From the NCBI GenBank assembly GCA_965116415.1, contig OZ220693.1, positions 436,837-500,836 on the forward strand: a stretch of DNA of 64,000 bases, read 5' to 3'. Of this stretch, positions 57,837-64,000 are shown piece by piece. Below the pieces are notes generated by a model that worked only from the letters and a program-made list of their open reading frames with translations, had not been told where the DNA came from and did no database searches. The translations under genes and the position numbers were made by a program. Each line of letters opens with the position of its first letter. The first letter of the stretch is position 1. The DNA is from Dehalococcoidia bacterium (lineage in GTDB: Bacteria > Chloroflexota > Dehalococcoidia > Lucifugimonadales > UBA1123).

Positions 57837-59765
57837 CTACTTGTCTATGACTACGGTTGCCGGGTTATTGAAGCTGCTGCCCCAGTAAGGATGCCATTCC
57901 TTGATGGTGGGCAACTTCACCCAGAAGCTCTTGACCGTTACGATCCCGGCATTTATGTGCCAGTACGACATGTAGTTCTGGAAGTGGATGCTGTTCTCGA
58001 TCCTCTTCTCAAGATTTGGCTCAATGTCGTTCTCGTAGTTCACGTCGCAAATGACAGCCGGCAGCTCAGCGCCGCCGAGGTGCCCGGGAGTCGGGCAGAA
58101 GAACGGAGCCTTGGTACCGCCGGGGGGCATGCCCCAGCCATGCAGCCACGGAACGTCCATCTCTTTCGTGACGGTTTCAGGTCTCCTGGAGGCGTAGGGG
58201 GATTTGTCCACCGTAACGTCCAGGTTCAGGTGTTCTCGCCACATCTCGGCCACGGCGTCAGCAACTTCAGGGTCCCACGTGTTTGGAACGCTCTCAGTCG
58301 CCCAGAACACGACTGGGAAGCCGTCGGGGAAGCCCGCCTCTGCCAGGTAATCTCTGGCCATCTGCGGGTCGAATGGTACTGTCCAATCTTCCTGGAAGTT
58401 CTCGTCGCCTGGCGGGAACTGCGTGTGCATGGCCGTGTAAGCCACATCACTGAAGCCGTCCATCACGTTGTCAACGATACCCTGGCGATCGATGGCCATC
58501 GACATTGCCCAGCGGACCTTACGGGGGCCTTCCATCTCAGGGCAATTGGAGCCAGCAGGCGCAGGTATGTCGGAGAACAGTGCATCATAGTCACAGCCTT
58601 CCCCGAATGGATTGCCTATCCAGGGATGCTCGTCGTCCGGCAGGAATCCAGGCCTCGGATTCGCAACCAGGTCCGGGTCTTCGCACTCAGGGCAGATCTT
58701 AGCCCAGTAGTTGCCCGAGAAGTAGATCGTGTTCGGGTTGGGCAGACCCATCGGCACCGCTATGCCATTGGTGTCATCAACTATGCCCGCTACTTTCTTC
58801 ACGGAGATCTTCGTGATATCCACTTCACCGGTCCGAATCGCGGCTTCGCGAGTCGCGTCTTCCGGCATTTCGTAAATGTTAAGTGTCTTGATGTTGGGGA
58901 CTATGCGCCAGTGGTCGACAACTGCCTCAGCGACGATCTCGTCGTTACCAACCCACCGCCTGGCCTGGAATGGACCTGTCCCAATAGGCGTTGAGATGAA
59001 GTCATCCTCACCCATTTCCTCGAAACAGTGCTTGCAGGTGATACCGAACGTGGAATCCCATCCAAGTCCGCCATGCAGCACGCCCCAGGTTGGGCTGAAC
59101 TCACCAGGTACGACGTTCATCTGTGCGGTGAACTCGTCAATGACTTCCCACCCTGCCCTGTGTCCGGGCGAAAGCTGTTCGCCAGCATTGCTGACCGAAC
59201 CGGTCTTGAACGCGTTATTGAAGGTGAAAACGACGTCCTCGGCTTTGAGTTCACCCCAGTCGTCGTGCCACATGATGCCGCGTCTGATGTTCAGCGTCGC
59301 GCTGTTCATGTCGTCAGCGATCGTCCAGGACTCGGCAATCTCAGGCTCATGAATCTCCTGTGAAGGTATCGTGCCCGGCTCTGTAAACTGGGCCCTGAAG
59401 ATGCCTTCGAATATCTGGAAGTCAGTGCCCGGACCACCAACCGTGCCGTTCGCGTCCTTCTCCTGGAGCTGCACCAGTGGATGCAGCAACGGAACGCCGA
59501 CGTAGAGCTCACCCTTCGGTTCCTTGTCCATCGCCTGCGGTGGAGCCGCTGCCGGCACTGCGGTGGCAGCAGGAGCTGGGGCTGCAGGAGCCGCCGCTGC
59601 TGGCGCAGCTGCCGTCGGGGCCGGCGCTGCCGGAGCTGGCGCCGGAGCAGCGGGCTCGGCCTCTTCAGTTTCGCTGCTACAGGCAAGGACCATCATGACG
59701 GCCAATGTGGCGACTACAAGTACGCACAATGGCACCGACAAAACCCTGCCTCTGAGTATACGCAT
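57837..59765 (-). CDS. ABC transporter family 5 substrate-binding lipoprotein with Ala/Pro linker
   Basis: Lipobox VLAC, AESWT, PIGTGPF, VRWAMSMAIDR, LAEAGFPDG; ATG at 59765. Confidence 0.88.
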   Translation of the reverse strand: MRILRGRVLSVPLCVLVVATLAVMMVLACSSETEEAEPAAPAPAPAAPAPTAAAPAAAAPAAPAPAATAVPAAAPPQAMDKEPKGELYVGVPLLHPLVQLQEKDANGTVGGPGTDFQIFEGIFRAQFTEPGTIPSQEIHEPEIAESWTIADDMNSATLNIRRGIMWHDDWGELKAEDVVFTFNNAFKTGSVSNAGEQLSPGHRAGWEVIDEFTAQMNVVPGEFSPTWGVLHGGLGWDSTFGITCKHCFEEMGEDDFISTPIGTGPFQARRWVGNDEIVAEAVVDHWRIVPNIKTLNIYEMPEDATREAAIRTGEVDITKISVKKVAGIVDDTNGIAVPMGLPNPNTIYFSGNYWAKICPECEDPDLVANPRPGFLPDDEHPWIGNPFGEGCDYDALFSDIPAPAGSNCPEMEGPRKVRWAMSMAIDRQGIVDNVMDGFSDVAYTAMHTQFPPGDENFQEDWTVPFDPQMARDYLAEAGFPDGFPVVFWATESVPNTWDPEVADAVAEMWREHLNLDVTVDKSPYASRRPETVTKEMDVPWLHGWGMPPGGTKAPFFCPTPGHLGGAELPAVICDVNYENDIEPNLEKRIENSIHFQNYMSYWHINAGIVTVKSFWVKLPTIKEWHPYWGSSFNNPATVVIDK

Positions 59766-59998
59766 CAATTCCTCCCCAGGTGTCCTGTGCCGCTCGACCC
59801 TGACGGGTGGATACTTCCACCGCGTACAGGTGAGACGACAATTACAGCGGAGCGCAGATGGTGTCCGCATTGGGTGCAAAAATACGTCGGCACCGCAGAG
59901 ATGTCAAGTTTCCGAGGATGACGTCGGCTCGGGCAATGATGCCTGCTTATTGCCCGCAAAACTGTCTAGTCGTTACAATGTGAAGCGTTGGTGGAAAT

Positions 59999-60074
59999 CG
60001 GGGCGTAGCGCAGTCGGTAGCGCGCCACGTTCGGGACGTGGAGGTCGCTGGTTCAAGTCCAGTCGCCCCGACCA
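59999..60074 (+). tRNA. tRNA-Pro(CGG)
   Basis: CGGGGCG acceptor stem, anticodon loop TTCGGGA, GGTTCAAGTCC, encoded CCA. Confidence 0.96.
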
Positions 60075-60163
60075 GATCCGCCACCGAACCTTGCAAGCGG
60101 GTCCGCTCGTCGTGAGCCCGTTCGCTGCTTCGGGTCACACTGGCCTCAAAGGGACCGGGGCCT

Positions 60164-61480
60164 GTGGAGTATCTCGCGGAGACGATCTTCTTGAACGGCG
60201 ATGACGGCCGCGTCGGCATCCTGATGGGTGGCGGCCCAGCTCCGGGCATCAATAGCGCAATCAGCGCCGCTACCATTGAGGCGGTCAACCAGGGTTACCA
60301 GGTAGTCGGCATACTGGACGGCTTCTCTCACCTGATGGAAGGCCGCACCGACATGGTATTACCCCTGGGTATCGCCGATGTTGCACAGATCCATCATCGC
60401 GGCGGATCTATACTCCGCACTTCCCGTGCCAACCCTACACGCAGACCAGAACACCTCGACAACACGGTTGGCGCCCTTCAGCGGCTGGGAATCTCATACC
60501 TGGTTACGATCGGCGGCGATGACACCGCCTTCAGCGCCTCGGAGGTATCCAGTCATGCTGGAAACCGCATCCGGGTCGCCCACATTCCGAAGACTATCGA
60601 TAACGACCTGCCTCTACCGGGCAACATGCCCACGTTTGGTTACGAGACGGCCCGACACCTTGGAACAGAGCTCGTCCGCAACCTCATAGAAGACTTCCGG
60701 ACCACCAACCGCTGGTATTTAGTCACTGCAATGGGACGCGCCGCAGGCCACCTCGCCCTTGGCATCGGAAAGGCCGCCGCGGCAACGCTCACCATTATCC
60801 CGGAGGAGTTTCCTGGTGACCGCATCAGGCTCAGCCAGGTGTGCGACGTACTGGAAACGGCCATTTTCAAGCGTCGCGTGATGGGGAAGAGCCGGGGGCT
60901 GGCTGTGGTAGCGGAGGGTGTCGCTGAGAGATTCGATCCCGAGGAGTTGGCGAGTATTCCCGGGGTGGAAGTATCAAGAGACCAACACGGACACCTGAGA
61001 TTGGGCGACATCCAGTTGGAGAAAGCACTCAGACGGGAGATTCAGAGGCGGTTCGCAGTCCGTGGTGAAGACCTGCAGATAGTGGACAGCAATGTTGGAT
61101 ACGAGCTCAGGTCATACCCCCCAATTCCCTTCGATATCGACTACACTCGCAGCCTTGGCTACGGCGCCGCGAGATTCCTCGTTGGAAGTTCTGACCAGTC
61201 TTCCGATACTGCCGGCGGGCTAATCTGCCAGGTAGATGGGAAGATTGAGGTCCTCCCCTTCAGCCAGCTCAGGGACCCATCCACGGGTAGAACGAAGGTT
61301 AGGACCGTAGACATCGATGGGGATATCTACCGCGTAGCGCGAAAGTACATGATCAGGTTGGAAAAGTCCGACCTGGAGGATCACGACATGTGTCGCAAAC
61401 TAGCGGATGAGGCGTGCATGACGCCCGACGCTTTCGCCCAGCGATATGGCGGCGTGGTAGAGTTGGCCGGGGCCAATTAG
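60164..61480 (+). CDS. pfp: Phosphofructokinase, pyrophosphate-dependent type
   Basis: GGGPAPGIN, GGDD, PKTIDND, MGR; the GGDD and PKTIDND pair is the PPi signature. Confidence 0.87.
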   Translation: MEYLAETIFLNGDDGRVGILMGGGPAPGINSAISAATIEAVNQGYQVVGILDGFSHLMEGRTDMVLPLGIADVAQIHHRGGSILRTSRANPTRRPEHLDNTVGALQRLGISYLVTIGGDDTAFSASEVSSHAGNRIRVAHIPKTIDNDLPLPGNMPTFGYETARHLGTELVRNLIEDFRTTNRWYLVTAMGRAAGHLALGIGKAAAATLTIIPEEFPGDRIRLSQVCDVLETAIFKRRVMGKSRGLAVVAEGVAERFDPEELASIPGVEVSRDQHGHLRLGDIQLEKALRREIQRRFAVRGEDLQIVDSNVGYELRSYPPIPFDIDYTRSLGYGAARFLVGSSDQSSDTAGGLICQVDGKIEVLPFSQLRDPSTGRTKVRTVDIDGDIYRVARKYMIRLEKSDLEDHDMCRKLADEACMTPDAFAQRYGGVVELAGAN

Positions 61481-61498
61481 TTTCACAGGACTTTAGGG

Positions 61499-62521
61499 AT
61501 GACCGCTGAATCGCTAGTTCGGACCGCCCAGACCCTGGTTGCTCCAGGAAAGGGCATACTCGCTGCCGACGAGAGTACACGGACCATAGGCTCCAGGTTT
61601 CTCCAGCTCGGCATAGAAAACACCGAGGTCAACCGTCGAGACTATCGTGAAATGCTGTTCTCGACCGTGGGAATCGACGACTACATCAGCGGCGTCATCC
61701 TCTATGACGAGACACTGAGACAGCGTGGAGCAAGCGGAGTCTCCATCGTGGAGTTACTCTCACGGCGCGGGATTCTGCCAGGAATAAAGGTAGATTCAGG
61801 CGCCAAGCGGCTTGCAAATTCCCCGAAGGAGATGGTCACCGAAGGACTCGACGGACTACGCGAGCGGCTCCATGAATACAGGGAACTCGGTGCGAGATTC
61901 ACCAAGTGGCGAGCAGTTATCAACGTCGGGCCGACAGTTCCCAGCGAATACTGCATTGAGGTCAACGCTCATGCCCTCGCGAGATACGCCGCTCTGGCCC
62001 AGGAAGCTGGTCTTGTGCCTATTGTTGAGCCAGAGGTCATGATGGCTGGCACTCACGACATCGACAGGTGCCAGGAAGTGACCGAGTGCGCCCTCCGACA
62101 CACCTACCAGCACCTTCTATCGCAGCGCGTACTGCTGGAAGGCACCCTACTGAAGCCGAATATGGTTGTATCTGGCGCAGACTCATCGAACAGGGCGGGC
62201 TCTCAGGAGGTCGCACAGAAGACCGTTGAAACCCTGATGAGGTCGGTACCGGCTGCTGTACCAGGCATCATGTTCCTGTCCGGCGGACAGGGGGATGAGG
62301 AGGCCACCAGCAACCTGAACGCGATCGTTCTAAGAGGCCTCGAAGTTGGAGTTCCGTGGGAACTGAGCTTCTCGTTTGCGCGAGGCCTTCAGTCGGCCTC
62401 CTTGCGAGCGTGGGCTGGGAATGGCGCCAACGTCATCACGGCCCAGACGACCTTCCAGACTCGTGCTCGTTTGACTGCTGCGGCCAGGCGGGGAGAACTG
62501 TCCACTCAATCGGTTGCTTAG
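61499..62521 (+). CDS. fba: Fructose-bisphosphate aldolase class I
   Basis: GKGILAADES, GIKVD, KWR, VPIVEPE, LLKPNMV (Schiff-base Lys), FLSGGQ. Confidence 0.95.
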   Translation: MTAESLVRTAQTLVAPGKGILAADESTRTIGSRFLQLGIENTEVNRRDYREMLFSTVGIDDYISGVILYDETLRQRGASGVSIVELLSRRGILPGIKVDSGAKRLANSPKEMVTEGLDGLRERLHEYRELGARFTKWRAVINVGPTVPSEYCIEVNAHALARYAALAQEAGLVPIVEPEVMMAGTHDIDRCQEVTECALRHTYQHLLSQRVLLEGTLLKPNMVVSGADSSNRAGSQEVAQKTVETLMRSVPAAVPGIMFLSGGQGDEEATSNLNAIVLRGLEVGVPWELSFSFARGLQSASLRAWAGNGANVITAQTTFQTRARLTAAARRGELSTQSVA

Positions 62522-62544
62522 GCATCAGGACGGAATGACGGTCT

Positions 62545-63270
62545 CTACGGGACGTCCATCGTCCTGAGCCGCCACACCGTTAGCAGCCAGAACGCTACGA
62601 CCACCGCGGCTGATCCAATCAACGCCGCAGGCAGTTCAATCGTTTGATCGGCCACAGCCTCCAGGGCTCCATCGCTGAGTCGATACATGACTGAGAGCGC
62701 AAAGGCGCTCACACTCAGGTACTTCACTCCAGGCACAAGCGCGCTGATGACACCCTCCCACAGGAAGACGTACACAATCGCGAACGGTAGGGCCCTGGTC
62801 GTGATGAGCCCTACCCAGGTGAAGACCGAGGCGTACGCCAAAACTCCGACCAGCAGTCCGATGCAAACTGCGAGTACACTGTTCGCATCACCGTCCATGC
62901 CAACGTAGATCGTGGCGGCGGCGCTCACCACTATCAGAGGCGTGCCGATCATTATCGGCGCAGCCAATTTGGACAGCGCGATCTTCCACCTCGCCGCGGG
63001 CGTCATGATGATGAAGCTGAGGGTTCGATCCTCCAGGTCGTTACCGAAAACGGTTGTAGAGAACGAAATCATCACGATCGGGAGTACCACCCCGACGAGC
63101 AGGGCGTTTACCACAGCAATTGCAAATTCCCCTGGGTCCCCGTCCCCATTGGATGACGTGAGTCGCAGCAGAACTGTCAACGCTACTGGAAGCAACACCA
63201 GCAGGAGGACGATCAGTAGTCGTCGCACCCCGGTGATCTGCCTTAGAGAGAGCCTGAAGACGGGTCCCAT
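62545..63270 (-). CDS. ABC-2 type permease
   Basis: About 6 TM segments, EDRTL.F..TP..R.KI..SKL. Confidence 0.85.
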   Translation of the reverse strand: MGPVFRLSLRQITGVRRLLIVLLLVLLPVALTVLLRLTSSNGDGDPGEFAIAVVNALLVGVVLPIVMISFSTTVFGNDLEDRTLSFIIMTPAARWKIALSKLAAPIMIGTPLIVVSAAATIYVGMDGDANSVLAVCIGLLVGVLAYASVFTWVGLITTRALPFAIVYVFLWEGVISALVPGVKYLSVSAFALSVMYRLSDGALEAVADQTIELPAALIGSAAVVVAFWLLTVWRLRTMDVP

Positions 63271-64000
63271 CTAACGGTCCACCATGTACTCGAAAAGACT
63301 CTCGAGCGACTCATCCAGAGGCTCTACTCTCGTCAAACGAATGCCTCTCTCCTGGGCGAGCCTGGGAATGGATGTCTGTAGAGCCGCAACGTCCCTGCTA
63401 TGAACTGTCAGGGAACGATCGTCAGAAAAGGCGACTGAGTCCACGGTGTTCATGCCGATGATAGCGGAGGCCATCTCGTTGGGGCGATCAACTACCACCC
63501 TCACCTGGTAGGCGTGCTCATCGAGCCTTGCCCTGATCGCACGAAAGTCGCCCGATGCCGCAAGCTTTCCGCTCAGCATCAGCAGGATCCGGCCGGCAAG
63601 GGTCTCTACTTCCTCTAAGATGTGCGACGAGATCAGTATGGTCTTGCCCTCAGATACAAGACGCTCCATGGAGTCCTGGAACTCGATTCGCTGGCGCGGG
63701 TCCGTGCCGTTGAGGGGCTCATCCAGGATTATCACTTCCGGGTCGTGGACAAGAGCGGCCGCTAGTCGCATTCTTTGTCTCATGCCCCGGGAGTAGCCGC
63801 CCATCGAACGATGCTGAACATCCTCTAGCCCAACCATCTCTACCGCCCTGTCCGAGGCGTGAGACACGTCGGCAACTTCGTGAAGTTTGGCCGATGCCTC
63901 GACAAACTGTCGGCCGGTTAGAAAGGGGTAGATGGACTCGTACTCCGGCATGAACCCCAAGCGCCTGTACAGGTCCGGGTTGTTCCTTACGGGCTGGCCC
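63271..64000 (-). CDS. ABC-2 ATP-binding protein, 5'-truncated by window edge
   Basis: YSRGMRQR, ILDEP, SSH; the frame stays open to the window edge. Confidence 0.88.
   Translation of the reverse strand, partial: GQPVRNNPDLYRRLGFMPEYESIYPFLTGRQFVEASAKLHEVADVSHASDRAVEMVGLEDVQHRSMGGYSRGMRQRMRLAAALVHDPEVIILDEPLNGTDPRQRIEFQDSMERLVSEGKTILISSHILEEVETLAGRILLMLSGKLAASGDFRAIRARLDEHAYQVRVVVDRPNEMASAIIGMNTVDSVAFSDDRSLTVHSRDVAALQTSIPRLAQERGIRLTRVEPLDESLESLFEYMVDR

Noticed and set aside
59540-59660. Repetitive GC-rich tract as a CRISPR or DNA repeat
   Set aside because: It encodes the Ala/Pro linker of the SBP. No repeat-spacer array or cas gene was seen anywhere in the window.

Overview
High-GC, gene-dense bacterial chromosome segment. 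The gene content (T-box leuS, PPOX-class F420-type oxidoreductase, DUF2851, many amidohydrolases and GcvT-family enzymes, Pro/Ala-linker lipoproteins) suggests Chloroflexota/Dehalococcoidia, possibly SAR202-like; this is inference only. Housekeeping genes include argS, valS, leuS with a T-box, leuB, tRNA-Leu(TAG), tRNA-Pro(CGG), PPi-type pfk and class I fba. There are three ABC transporter clusters and many C-N hydrolases. One intact IS4-like element has 16-bp TIRs and an 11-bp TSD and sits inside a REP-like palindrome. Highlights: (1) selD is a selenoprotein with an in-frame UGA and a SECIS-like hairpin that the ORF track missed; (2) a co-oriented cluster of a FAD/THF demethylase, a Tat-less reductive-dehalogenase-like Fe-S protein, MetF and a DmdA-like methyltransferase; (3) a ~230-nt multi-hairpin leader of no family I recognise in front of a group-2-like sigma70 factor; (4) an active plus catalytically dead esterase pair; (5) a Cu/Zn-SOD-fold protein lacking all Cu ligands, with a structured leader. 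All calls come from reading motifs by eye; no database searches were run.
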